A stretch of 64,000 nucleotides of DNA from Marsupella aquatica (taxonomy: Eukaryota > Plantae > Marchantiophyta): contig OZ316893.1 of NCBI GenBank assembly GCA_973895155.1, positions 22,665,844 to 22,729,843 on the forward strand, written 5' to 3'. A model generated the notes under the pieces. That model saw only the letters and a list, made by a program, of their open reading frames with translations, was not told the DNA's origin and made no database searches. A program made the translations under genes and the position numbers. Shown in pieces: positions 51,380 through 64,000 of this stretch (the first letter of the stretch is position 1; every line of letters begins with the position of its first letter).

Positions 51380-52280
51380 AAGGGATGGTGGATGACTTGT
51401 GGGAGCCAAAGTTATAATTGCTGGAGCACTTAGTTCCTGCAAAAGGGGGTAAATATATTCTGTCACATCCCAAACGAGAGACACTTGCAGTACTGCTGAA
51501 AAGATCTAGATATATTACAATGCCTGCTGTCGGAGAATGTATTTAGATAATGGCCAATTATACACACGGACTCCCACAAAGGGTGAATAGTAAGGTTAGT
51601 CTCTCTTTGTCTGATTTGCACTGGTTGATGTTCACTGGATGTTCACTGGATGTTCACTGGATAACGGCTTAGCCATTGCCGAGGCTCAATCTCAAGTATT
51701 TAGACTCCTAAGTAAGAAAGGAAGGCATTCGGCATGTAATAAGATCATGAGTCCAATTGTTGTTTACTAAGCAATCCCTGTGATATTTGCATCGAGCAAT
51801 GCTCTTTCTAACCTTTGACATGATTACTTGCCTCTGGCAGAGGGTGGCCGAGGATATTATTTGAATGTTACAATACCACCCGCTCTCTCTGGCCAACATC
51901 GGCATCAGTATAACAGGAGTAGGGCAATCGATATAAAGCAGTGGGATGTGCACCTGGATGACAATGAGTCTCATAGCCCACCTGCCCACAGACTATACAG
52001 TTTCCCTGGCATTACATCGAGTAGGGCCTCTGGTGATGGCTTTGTTGGAGGGTCGAGACTTGCCTGAATTGTTAGTGAAGTATTTCTAGAGCTTTATTTC
52101 GAAGGATAATTCTGTGTTGGAAGTTCATGATCATGAGAGGTGTTTGGAAGACAAGTCCCTGATCGAATTAATTGGCAGTACGAGGAGATAGTTCAATTCT
52201 TCACATTCACAAGTTGAGGTCGTACTCCATTCTTCACATTCACAAGTTGAGGTCGTACTCCATTCTCGACTACATTAGAG
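51380..52280 (+). pseudogene. Decayed paralog of the NB-ARC gene (Walker B to MHD region, including the intron)
   Basis: Colinear with 23640-24510: gatgacttgtgg/gttcctgcaaa, tggccaattatac..ggact, cacccgct..ctggccaacat.ggcatcag, tagtgaagtatttcta, catgagaggtgttt.gaagacaagtc. Frameshifted, with a 33-bp tandem duplication at 52196-52261. Confidence 0.88.
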
Positions 52281-53566
52281 GGAAATATCAGACGCTCACT
52301 GCTGATGCGCCACAGATGAAATCAAGGTGCATGCAAGTGATGCGTTTCCATAGTTACTAGAAATTAATTGCCCAGCCCGCACTTACGCACGACGCCCTTC
52401 CAGTAGCGCCGGCTTTTCCTCCTTACACCCTAAACCCTGCCAGTCGCAGGCCACCCTTCATTTCCCAGGCCACCTCTCGCTGTCCTTGAATTGTCCCTCC
52501 CGACAGCAAGTGTGCTCGCAAGTGTGCAGGAATGGGAATGCCGGGATCGATGGACTGGGTGGCGGGAATGGGATTGCATCAGGAGGGGAGCAGGAATCGC
52601 GAAGGAAAGGAGGGAAGGGATTGCTTGGGCAGAGGATTTCTCGCGCGTAAAAAGAGGAGGGAAGGAAAGGAAAGAGAAAATGGGGCGGGAAAACAATCGT
52701 CCTACACGGTAATCGACCAACTCCACATATTTACAGGTGCCTCTCATGTGCAAATGCTCTTGCCGTCTAGATCAATGACTCCTCTTCCCGCGAGCTTTGA
52801 AGTGAACCCACCAAAGGCATCGGTAACAGCTTGAACAGAGATTTCTTAATGTGGCACCAAATATACTTATTTATTAAGTTCAAAGTGTCCTAGTAGGAAA
52901 TATTATCCTCCGGGGACAAAGATCCGCTTATTAGTTTTCTCCAATATATGCACATCTGGAACTCAATGGAGTAAGAATGAGCACTGTCAACTAAATTTCA
53001 GCCGCCAGGGCACATCTGAGAATAAATGATCGATCACAAGTGCTAACAAACCTTGCGAACCGCACTTCGTGAGGTTGGTTCCACATCCTCATTTCCACAG
53101 CGACATCTAGCTGCCAAAGAAATAAAGGTGGATCTAGGACCAACCTCCTGAAACACAATAATTATTCTCATGAATTCTAACCAATAGCCTAACCTTTCAA
53201 ATTAGAGTACGAAGATCAGGTCTGGAGCTTTATCGACTCTAACGACCAGTATCATTAATCTATTTTATGATACAAAAGCCGAGAGTCATCTACGAAATTA
53301 ATGGAAGCTGGATGTGATAAGGTGAAGTTGTTGAGATACCCCACCATGCTCGGCCATTTCACTTTATTTTCTGCTGCCACTGACGATGCCAAAGAAACTA
53401 CTAGTGTCACCGATTTCGTCTGCACTGCTCGTGTACAAAGATTGTACTCGAGTGCTTGAACTCCTCGCACATCGAGAGTAAGCATTTATTGATTATCCTA
53501 GAGAAACTCGTGCCTAGCCTGGAGTATAACCGGTGTAGAGAGAAATTGTAGACTACGAAGAATCAA

Positions 53567-56094
53567 TCAGGCGATTGATCGACAGTTCGACCTGATGTTT
53601 CCTTGTCCCTTGGTCTTCACTCCAATTTTCCCCATCTTGACGAGGGCCGCTCCAAACTTTCGAAGGAAGTCGGCATTATTTCCGGCATATTCGTTGACAA
53701 CCGCCTTTGTGGCCGCGCTGTTCAGCAGCGCGGCATCGGATTGGAAGAGCCCTTTGTTGGCTATCACATCTTTATAGTACCCATTGTCAAACGAAGTAGA
53801 CGTCAAGGGATCCATGTTTATAGTCTTCGAGCTGGCGACATTGACTGGGCACTGCTTTTGCAAAGTTTTGGCGTACTGGGAGTTCAGGCTTGGGTCTACT
53901 GGGGAGGTGGGGTTGAAGTTCCGCAGACGACCCGAAAAAGATGAGCAATGGGACTGTCCAATGGTGTGGGCTCCTGCAAATCATACACACAAACGTTCAA
54001 CCAAGTCTCAGAGAAAGCCTCATACCCCAATTATGTCCATCGTCAAAATTGAAGCTTAGCCATACTTTTTCAAAAGCTCGAGTCCTGTAATAATTATGCT
54101 CTACATTGGGCCTGGCGTTGCAACCAAGGATGCAAGAAATAGAGAGCTTATACTATTGACGTATGGCTGCTTGAGTATTTTGTGGATTGTTGAACTGGAA
54201 AGAAAAACGTGATGAGCGGTACTGGGGACCAATATTGGGATAATGGACCTAGAAACGACACTAATGACGTCACTTGTACTTTCCGGTAGTTAGATTCAGA
54301 ACTTCACCATTCTCTACTGTTGTAGAGATTGGACCAAGAGTGCTCTGAGCATGACTTCCCTCCGGTAGTATGTGTGTGACGGGACAACCGTGGTCCATAA
54401 GTACCATCAAGATCGCTCGCTCACGAGACTGGGAAGAAAAGACTATTCGAATTGAACTTTCGAAAACATAACAACGCGTGCAGCACAAAATTGAGATCAA
54501 CTGGTGGGCAGCAAGTTATTACGTACCAGAGAGTGTGACCATATCGTTCACTGAGAGTCCTTTGCTCGCGAAGTTGCTTATGAGTGTGGACACAGGGGAG
54601 AATGGGGAGGGAAGGCCGTTAGCTTCATTCATATTTGAAACCAGCCCATCGAATCGGCCACCTTGCATATCTACAGTCGGTCCTCCTAGCTGCATTCAGA
54701 AGCACGATTCCATGAATAGATTAGTACTGGCCAGAAAATAATGTGGAGAACTTGTTGAATGACAGCCCTTCACGGATCGAAGGTGCACTCCAGGTCAAGT
54801 TTTCTTTGAAACAGCGTACATAGATGTCAAGATTCACGGATAGAACTCGCCAACGATCTTTACACTCGACACGCAGGATCGCCGCAGTGATCGACGAGGA
54901 GTGCTTAAATATGTGATGTACTTGCTTGCTATATCTATGGATAGTCAGAACAGCTATTTCCTCTCGTCATACGTACAGACAACCAGACAATTCTCAGAAA
55001 TTTAGCTGACAGAAATTCACAGAACTCCCTAGCTACGATGGAAACGCTGATTCCACGCAGCTAGAGTCTTGGGATCCTTTGCAATTATGGAAGTCCAAGC
55101 ATTAGACAGAACGACCTCCGAGGACAGAACATGTATCTTAATCATATGTAGCCGGGTGATCAAGAGAACCCACCGTGGACAAGCTTGTGGCTGCAGTGAA
55201 TGCAACGATGTCAGCGCACGAAACTGTTTTCGGGCAGAGCTTCTCAATTACTGCCTTAATTTGATCGATGATGTTCAGATCATGAAGACTCTGATTGGGC
55301 ACGGCATCTTTCTCTGCATTCTTAGACGACTTGTCGATCAAAATAGACGCGTCACAACCCTGCATTCAGGAAATCGCAATTGTCAAACTTAGAAATCGCT
55401 CGGTTACAGACACGTACGGCAATGCCCTATATGATAAGAGTCGGCTGAAATGTGTCAACCCCGTGCATGCACACCATGACCATTCCTGTTGGGGTACATT
55501 ACCCAGATAAGAACGAGCATCCGATGACAGCTAGTCCTTTTCCCCAGTAATTTCTTTGGGCAATTTTGATTCTAAATTTTAGAGACGTACAAGCAACGTT
55601 TGCACATCTCCGGATATCAACCTCAGATCATTCGAGCACTACTGACGCCGCCGAAAACAGTACGAAGCAAACTAATGATTTCATTGAAGTGGCACAAATT
55701 TCTCGAGAATTCCCTGCGGATTTCCGTCGCAGTATTATCACTCGCATATGACATGAATTTTCAAATGAACGACGGCCCTCCTTAATTCCAAATCTACAAG
55801 CTTTGACCTTAGACATGATGGATTACTGTGCATAAAAATTCTCATGTAAGGTGCAGCAAACTGTCTGGATGTTCTGGTACTGACCCGAACGAAGCAGTCG
55901 TGGAAGAGAAGTCGAATGAACACTGCGCCTGCACGTGGGTTATTTTTGACGGCGTTCCGCACTATACTTGCAATCGTCGATTCTGCCTTCGGGCAACTCT
56001 TGGCGTAGAAATTCGACTGAAGGGATTCCACATGACTTCCGCTCCAAATCACGAGAAGAAGAGTCAGTAAGAAAACTGCACTCGAGCTCGTCAT
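53567..56094 (-). CDS. Class III secretory peroxidase, copy 2 (~321 aa). Exons 56094-55885, 55359-55174, 54689-54527, 53973-53567.
   Basis: Same motifs and intron positions as copy 1 (RLLFHDCFV, GCDASIL, VSCADI, LSGAHTIG, FDNGYY). Exon 3 is 3 nt shorter and the frame is intact. Confidence 0.96.
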
Positions 56095-59000
56095 CGGTCT
56101 GTGAGCAAGGCCACCAACTCTGTGTAAACTGTGAAGATGTTGCTCAGAGATCGAGATCCTTCCCAGCTGCAGCGGAATCGAATTAACTTCAGCGAGAGGC
56201 TGAAGTTATTGATTGAAAAGCCTGTACGTGAAGCTGCAGAAATGTAGAGACTGCAGACTCGCAAAAAAGTCTGTTGAATCCGCTACAATCATATGCAGTA
56301 CGAACGAACAAGTTCTATAGAACGCAGTCCAAGTACCGTGAAGGGAAGCTTTACAGTACTACAGTCGATATGGCAATGTTGGGCTTGTCCACCGCCTGTC
56401 ACCGACTTTAAATCTTTGGAGCTGTTGCAGGAGGGTGCCGCGGACCGGCGCTCACGAGCCCGAAAGCGCTTTCTGTTCTACCACTGCTTGACGGATTCAA
56501 GCTAGGGCATGGAAAAGCTGCCAGTAGTAGTAAACAAGAATCTTCCAGCAATTGCGACCGGGAGTACTGCTGACGACTGTACTACTCCTGAAGTGTACCA
56601 GTGAGGGAGGTCCACTCGGATTATCCTGTGAATGCTTAGGCAGGGAGCAAGCAAATTCAACACGGGAGACAAATGTCTTAATGTCAGCACCCGCCAATTA
56701 GTTTAGACTGCGCGCTGGCTGGCTGGCGGTGTCGATGGATATCTGGCTGCACTGCCTTGTAGTAGCAAATTTGTCAGCACTGCTAAAAGGTTCGGACATA
56801 AATTTGAGGCGCCAGAGCTGGCATTATATACGAGTATCCGATCCGGTCTCGAAGTCAGGAGTCCCGACTGAAAATTTGCCTGAAGACCGGGTAGGGCAGG
56901 GCAAGGTAAGGGAAGGCGGGCGATTCGACTGTAGCAAACGTGTGAAATGGTGACAGCCTGTAAGCTGGGGAGCAACACCAAGAGTATCTGGAGTTGCTGT
57001 AGACTCAGGGATCGCCTTTGAGCGAAGTCTCATCCCCTCGATCCATCCCATCCCTTTCGAATTCCGATCCCGTCTTGTCTAGGCCATCCACTTTTCCGAT
57101 CTTTTCGCATGGCTTTTGTGCTGTGGGCCTTACTTTTGAGAGTGGGCCCCCGTATTTAGACAGTCCAGGATCATCATTCCATACTCTACGATCATCACAT
57201 GCACAACTCGCAGCTCCTTTCGTCCACGTACCAATGTTTTACTAGTGTCCATGATTCAAAAAGAACTTATTACTCTCTTAACCCGAAGATACTGAGCATT
57301 GACAAATGACAAAAGCTATCACTAATAATTAAGTTGATTGAATCAACAGTGAATCTCAGAGATGCTCTTCACTTTTTCTGCACTTCGCCAGAGCTCTCGT
57401 GGTGTCCTTGCAAAGATGGGTACTATCTGTACTATCGATCTGTACTTCCTGCATATCCGGTAGTAACCCCTCGCATGGGTTCTTGCAAAGGCTATGCAAA
57501 AGTTAGTCCACGGTCTACAGTGGTATCAATTCTAGGCGACGATTTAAAACCGCACAGAAAACTCGGTTTCGGGCAACTTCAAGATGGATACTGTTGTTCA
57601 GAGATTGGGAACGTCAGATTTGGCATAGATTTGGAAAATCCGCTGGCTTCCAATAGCTAATCAGTGACCTTTTCATTATTTTCGAGGCCCTACGTTCTAC
57701 CCTGTTTCGAGCACGGCGTTGAGTGGGAATGCATGTGGGAATACCATGCATGCACGTGTTTTGAACAGGGAAGAACCAATCTACTTTGACTATAATAAAC
57801 ACCAAAAATCTCTTAAGCCTGTTAGTGTACTACTAAGCTCCTGTTGGAAATCTCTTAAGCCTGTTAGTCCCGCTGTTAATGTACTAAGGTACTCTTACCG
57901 GACAAGAATAGCCCTTCAATTAAAACTCGAGCTGAAGCTCTCGTTTTTCAGCGCATGTATAATATTAATATCACACAATGCCTGGAAAGTTTTACATGCC
58001 TTGGGCTTTGCTCCAAAGAACTGTTGGCATGAATAATAACTAGCCAGGCAGGACAGGATGATTGGGGCTCATGGAAAACTTTGATTTGCTTGGTCGGAGG
58101 GAGGGATGGATTCAAGGTCCGATTAGTGCATGAGAAGCGGAATCAAATGCATTTTGCTGTGCAACTACGTAATTCAAACCTTGTTCTCAAATATATAAGA
58201 TTTCTAACAGGACCTTAGTACACTAACAGGCTTAATAGATTTTTGGTTTTTATTATAATCAAAGTAGATGAGAATCTTCTTGATTGATGAGTCGTCAAAA
58301 AATTTCGGTCTGATGCCCTGGAAACATGGCAGCGTACTTCAGCTCACGCGGCGTCTAATGGCTCAACGAAAGTTTATCCCAAACCGTATGCCTGAGACTT
58401 CGACGACCAAGATCTGTTCCGACTATCAGGAACTTGAAACCCGGGTAGATTGACTCGGCATATTCCGACGATCAGGGAGACGAAATGTGATACCTACGTA
58501 CCCATGCCATTGACTCGGCATTCAGCCGTTTCTCGAGCTTTTAGAAAGGCATTCGTAGTCGGACCCCTAGCTAAAGTGGATTCCTGGAAAGGGCTTTTTC
58601 GAACAACCACGGAGAACAGACTCATCAGATGTCGATGAGACTTGACACGTACTCAGGAACCCATTGACTCGGCTGTGAGCCATTGACTCGGCTGTTCGCG
58701 CATGAAACAATCCAGACTCCGATCCCTTACTTGACAGAATGACCAACCATAGCTAGTTGCAAATCCGGTCAGTACTAGCGACTTGCAAATAAGGTGACGG
58801 CCCAACACCCAAACATGACCAATATGTCTCAGGAAGAGATTATGTTCTCTCTTTAGCAATCGTCTGTCATGCATGTATCCCCTGCAGAGCTGGAACTGTG
58901 TGGATGGCAGACAGGTCAATCTACATGTGGGCTTGCACCATTTAGAGCGATGCCCATTGACCTCCGTGAATCCTGCGTATCTGCCTACCTTTGCTTCGAG

Positions 59001-59308
59001 CTTTTCTGCTGAGCAATCTTTGAGTAAACGACAATATGAGGACCTCAATGCTCGTGAATCTCGTTCTCTCAGCGTGGACATAGCTGTAGAAACCTAGCAA
59101 TCAGACATGTGAAGTGTGACCGTGCTCCTGGAGAGGCTGAGCATCAGCAATTGCGCCGCTCCCTTCATTCTCTCTTTGCGGAATTGTGGCCCAAACATTG
59201 TCCCATGGCATTATTATTGTTGTAACGTGACAGAAAGCCACCAGGAAGCCGAAAGATTCCACTCTTAGGCTTGCAGTCGTCGGCGGCCATAAATGACCAC
59301 GTTCTTTT

Positions 59309-60028
59309 TTTTTTCCCCCTAAAAAAACCAATTGAATTCCATTCAAAAAGTCAACATACAAAAAGGGGGGCCCAAAAGGCACCAACCCAAAGGACCAAAG
59401 GTCGAAGCCCTAAGACCGGGGAGGCCGGTACCAGGGAAGAAGCTGGCCCCCAAAAGGAAGGCGCCTAAACAAGTAATTTAGAGACTACAGCCGGAGCAGC
59501 AAACTCCTAAAGACTGGCCAGTGATCAGGTTCCGGCGGGGTTCCTTCCAGTGGGTCCGTGAGAGAGCAAGAGCTCAATCAGTCAGTCTGCAGTGCAACTT
59601 CCAAACCTGAGATAAGATTCTGATTCACGGGGGACGTGGAGGGACAGGTGGAACTTGGAGAGCTTCATCGTGGATCTCCCACAGGCCTACCCAGGTGCCA
59701 TAGTTAAAGGACATCTCATTTCGGGCCTCTCTTGGGGTGGTCTTGCCAGCCCTAATGCGGACTCTGTGTCGTGCCCAGTCCTTTCGGAGGTAAATTCCGA
59801 GTCGATGCCAGGATTTCCGAATAACCCCCTGTGGGTTAGGTCTGATGTGTTCAAAAAAATGTGTGCTTCTGTCCTTCCACACATTCCAACAAATGATAGC
59901 CCGTAGGGTATGCCAAAGCTTTACCGGTGTATCCCACTCATCAGGTAGTGGCACTCCAACAAAAATGTGTGCGGGCTGAAGGCGAATTGAGTTGCCCGGG
60001 CTAGAGAATGCACAAAGCTGGAGAACAC
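59309..60028 (-). mobile_element. 5'-truncated LINE (ORF2 C-terminus, 3' UTR, poly(A))
   Basis: 15-bp TSD TGACCACGTTCTTTT (59294-59308, 60029-60043). Poly-T on the + strand. The ORF has W..LRAIICWNVWKDR..HFF, typical of L1 ORF2 ends. The paralogous site at ~46215-46230 is empty. Confidence 0.85.
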
Positions 60029-60614
60029 TGACCACGTTCTTTTCTCTTCTGCTTCTCACAGTCATTCCTTTCCGGTTATAATTGATCACAATCATATGGT
60101 TGAATTGTTTGGCAACTTCGTACCAACGATCCGGACAGAATTCGACGACTGATTAATATCCGGAGTGGTTACTCTCTAAAGGAATGGAAATTGATGCTCC
60201 AACGAACCAAACAAAGTTACCACACAACTCGATACCTTCCAACTTTTGTTGAGACTCAAAATTGTGACCTGGCTTGGTTGATTTTGCAAACAGTTCAAGC
60301 TCATTCCGTGAATTGACGATTGACCTCTAAAGTTTTGGGTAAACGCCATGAATCTCTTTCGTTTTCCAGAACGTTTAGAAAACCATAAAAGCGTGTTGTC
60401 AGTATAAGTCAGTGTTTGCGTCTGGAACATGCACTTCAAAAATGGTATGGGACCTTTTTGAAGTCCATTCACAAAGACACAGGAAGTTTTTGGACAACAT
60501 AACAAAGACCAAGAATACTAGCAAACCATGGCATTCACGTCATCACTCATACATAAGACTTTCCACTATGTCACTCGTTTTTAGTGTGACACTAGCTCAA
60601 TACCCGTGCGTTGC

Positions 60615-61900
60615 ACAAAAGATGTCGTGACGGCCAAGATGTCGTTGAGAACAAAAGAGGTCATGTCGGCCAAGAGGTTGTTGAGAAGAAAGATGTCGTG
60701 TCGCCCAAGAAATTTTTGAGAACAAAAGATGTCGTGTCGGCAAGATATTGATGATAAACAAAATATGTCGTGTCGGCCAAGATGTCGTTGAGAACAAAAG
60801 ATGTCGTGTCAACTAAGATGTCATGTCGGCCAAGATTATGTTGAGAAAAAAGATGTCGTGTCGACCAAGAGGTTGTTGAGAAAAAAAGTTGTATTGGCCA
60901 AGAGGTCGTTGAGAAAAATGATGTCGTGTTGGCCAAGATCTCATTGATAAAAAAGATGTCGTGTGACCGGCCAAGAAATCATTGAGATAAAGGATCTTGT
61001 GTTGGCAAATCTTGAAGTCGTTGAGAAAAAAGATGTCATGTCGGCCAAGACGTCGTTGAGAGAAAATATGTTGGGTCGGGCAAGACATCATTATGAAAAA
61101 AGAGTCGTGTCGGCCAAGACGTCGTTGAGAAAACAGATGTCGTGTTGGCCAAGACATCATTGAGGAAAAATATCAGTGCATTGCACAAAAGATGTTGTGT
61201 CGCCCAAGATGTTGTTATCTGAAAGATGTCATGAAGTAAAAAGATGTCGTTAAGAAAAAAGAAGTCATTTTTCCAAAGATGTCATTATGTGAAAGATGGC
61301 GTTAAGAAAAAGGTGTCATTTTGCCAAACTAAGTGATTGTGAAGTAAAAGATGTTATAAATAAAAAGGTGTCGTTCACCCAATATGTCATTAATATGTGA
61401 AAGATGGCTCAATACCTGTGCGTTGCACAAAAGATGTCATTAAGAACAAATATGTTGTGTTGCCAAAGATGTTGTCATGAAAAAAGGTGATGTTGCCAAC
61501 AATTTTGTTAAGTAAAAACACGTTGTGTTGTCAAAGATTTTTTTAAATAAAAAGATGTCATGTTGCCAAAGAAGTTGTTAATATGTGAAAGATGTTGTGA
61601 AGTAAAAAGATGTCATTAAGAACTATGATGTCGTGATGCCAAATTAAGGTGTCGTGAAGAAAAAATGTTCTTATGTGAAAAATGTTGTGAAGTAAAAGAT
61701 GTCGTTGCACCAAAGATGTCTTTATGTCCAATATGTTGTCAGGTAAAAGATGATGTTTCACGAAAGATGTTATTAAGTATTTTTTTGTTAAGTACAAAAT
61801 GGTCGATAAGTAAAGGGATGTCATTAGACAAAGATGTAAGTTGTGAAGTAAAAGATGTTCTTAAGTACAATTGAAAATATTGCTAGTAAACCATGTTAAG
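60615..61900. repeat. ~37-bp minisatellite (AAAAGATGTCGTGTCGGCCAAGATGTCGTTGAGA-like), degenerating rightwards
   Basis: Many visible tandem units. Confidence 0.92.
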
Positions 61901-61924
61901 TAAAAAAAGTTGTTAAGTTGTTGC

Positions 61925-62480
61925 CACTTTTTTGCCACCCCTTGCATCCTGAAGCCCCATTGATAACCCCAAAGTTTTTGTTACTTTAAGATTTTTACTT
62001 AAAGTTACCATGGCTGCTTACTTGGCTTTGGCCACCCCAATGCCGAGCGGGATGCCAAGACCCCTTGGGATAATGACACGGCTTGGCTGACTTTTCAACA
62101 ACTCTTCACTACCCCTTGCATCTTAGAACCCCATTGGGCCCAAAGTTTTGGCTACCTTAGAGTTCTTACTTAAAGTCGCCGCAATAGCTTAATTGGCATT
62201 GGCCGCCCCAATGTCAAGACCCCCTCGAGTAACGGAGCAGCTTGGCTGACTTTTCAACGGCCCTTTCCCTACCCTTGCATATATCTTGGAACACCATCAG
62301 TAACCCCAATTTTTTTGGTTACTTTAAGCTTAGTTTGCTTAAAGTTGACCGTGGCCGCTTACTTGGCTGTGGCCGCCCCAATGCCAATTCCCCTTGGGGC
62401 AACGGCACGACTCAGCCCACTTTTCAACAAAACAATTTGCCTACCCCTTGCATGGGAACCCCTTTGGTAACCTCATCCAA
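61925..62480. repeat. ~165-bp tandem repeat, 3-4 diverged copies
   Basis: Recurrent taccccttgcat...cttaaagt...ttggcc.ccccaatg...ttggctgacttttcaac. Confidence 0.75.
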
Positions 62481-63709
62481 GTTTACTCGGCTCCTTACTC
62501 GCCAATATCATGCCCCCCTGGGGTGGTGGTGTGGTTTGTAACACTTTCCAACATTAGAGGACCTGCCACCCCCGGACCAACTTTAGTCCAGATATTTTGG
62601 CCCCCACCCCATGCCTCTTCCTGTGCTAAACAAAGTGGCAAGACATAATTAACAACAACTGAGGGGTTGTTGGGGAGTTGGAACCCGGGGCAAGATTGAG
62701 TTAGGTTGGGGATGGGACCTTGGGGTCTCGGGTTTCATTCCACCCCGGGATGTTGGGTCTAGCATTTTTTACAACATTATTTTTTTGTTTTTGGCCAGTG
62801 TGACAAATGTCAGCCTCTCAAAGGAAGGAAATGCTAGGAGTATTCTTCAACAATTTTTCTTGAATTATATCTTTTTCATCAGATATCCCTAGATTGACGT
62901 ACAACGGTTAGATTTTGGCAAATGGGGTCCATGATTTGGTGGGAGAGTGGCCAATGGTATGAATCTAGCAATTTTTTGGCAAAAGTGACGGAACAAGTGG
63001 TGAACATATTTTGGGGAGGTGGAATTTGGCAAAAGTTTGCACCTAAAAACTACGTTGTTTGGATGAGGCCAGGGCCAGGGTAGTCTCAGGAGTCATCATC
63101 CCTTCCTCTTCACTCTCCCTCATCGCTCTCCCTCTTCTAGCTATTGGGTAATGGGTATTGCTCCTCTTCACACTCCCTCTTCTTGCCATTGGGTAGTTGT
63201 TGTTGCTTAAAAGTACTCATTAAATGCTTGGAGCCCTTATAAGCTCACAAGGCTTGGAATAGAGAGCTCCAAACTCCAAAAGGAAAGAAGCTACGCTCTT
63301 CCCTCTCTCTTAAAAGTTGTACTATGATGGTACAATTGTACCTCCTTTTACATGACCTCTATCCCCTTTGTACCTTGTACCTGGGGCTCCTAAGAGTAAT
63401 GAGCTCATATGTTGTACCTGAAGGTACAATAGTACCTGTCTTGTGCATCTTTGTGTACTTATTTTGTGCACACCAAACCCTGTACCAGGTTTTCTCATGT
63501 TCCTTTTTTTTTCCCCTCCCCTTATTGGTTCCATATTTACAGGTTTCAATTATTCTCACCCAAAAGGACACTCCAAATTTGAATGACGACCACGCCATTT
63601 ATTGGCGCAACTGTGTATTATAGTTTAGGATACTCAGAGTCAGATATCTCTAGATTTATGGACTAACCCATATCTCTAGATTTATGGATTAACCCTGGCT
63701 TTCATTATG

Positions 63710-64000
63710 GCACAAAAGATGTCGTGTCGGCCAAGATTTGGTTGAGAAAAAAGATGTTGTGTCGGCCAAGAGGTCATTAAAAAAAAAGATGTTGTGTCAG
63801 CCAAGAGGTCATTGAGAAAAAATATGTTGTGTCGGCCAAGATGTCGCTGAGAAAAAAGATGTCGTGTCTGCCAGGAAGTTGTTGAGAAAAGGATGTCGTG
63901 TCGGCCAAGATGTCCTTGAGGAAAAAGATATTGTGTCGGCCAATATGTTGTTGAAAAAAATATATCGTGTTGCCCAAGACATCATTGAGAAAAAAAATAT
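63710..64000. repeat. Second array of the ~37-bp minisatellite
   Basis: Same unit as 60615-61900, running to the window end. Confidence 0.92.

Larger units (their letters stand above)
60592..64000 (-). mobile_element. Probable Helitron 3' end filled with tandem repeats; may extend beyond the window
   Basis: The minus strand reads GTGCAACGCACGGGTATTGAGCTAG|T, i.e. a hairpin followed by CTAG before a T. No Rep/helicase seen and the far boundary is unknown. Confidence 0.55.

Noticed and set aside
60597-61874. ORFs with repeated TTSF/GRHD peptides
   Set aside because: They are translation artefacts of the 37-bp minisatellite.

Overview
Eukaryotic, intron-containing land-plant DNA. The gene content suggests a non-seed plant such as a bryophyte, but the species cannot be fixed from the sequence. 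The first 19.5 kb is a nested transposon stack. A degenerate Ty1/copia element (3592-19516, TSD CTACA) has a 3.9-kb Gypsy-type solo LTR inserted in its 5' LTR (TSD CTAAG), and that solo LTR carries its own protein-coding cassette. A CACTA/En-Spm transposon is inserted in the copia RT. A related 2.3-kb solo LTR lies at 202-2550 (TSD TATAT). The CACTA encodes a SET-domain (lysine methyltransferase-like) exon between the transposase-associated Zn-binding exon and the Transposase_21 core. It also has a divergently transcribed TnpA-like gene and clusters of TCCGAT motifs in its non-coding parts. This is the best candidate for an undescribed system. From 22 to 60 kb lies a defence-type gene cluster: an apparently intact LRR-less NLR-like gene (helical N-terminus, NB-ARC, ARM, TPR), a convergent secreted nucleoside phosphorylase/bark-storage-protein gene, two tandem class III peroxidases and an NLR pseudogene. 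A copia solo LTR, a SINE, a MITE and a truncated LINE are interspersed, and a minisatellite-filled Helitron end occupies the right edge. All coordinates were read by eye and domain calls rest on motif recognition, not database searches.
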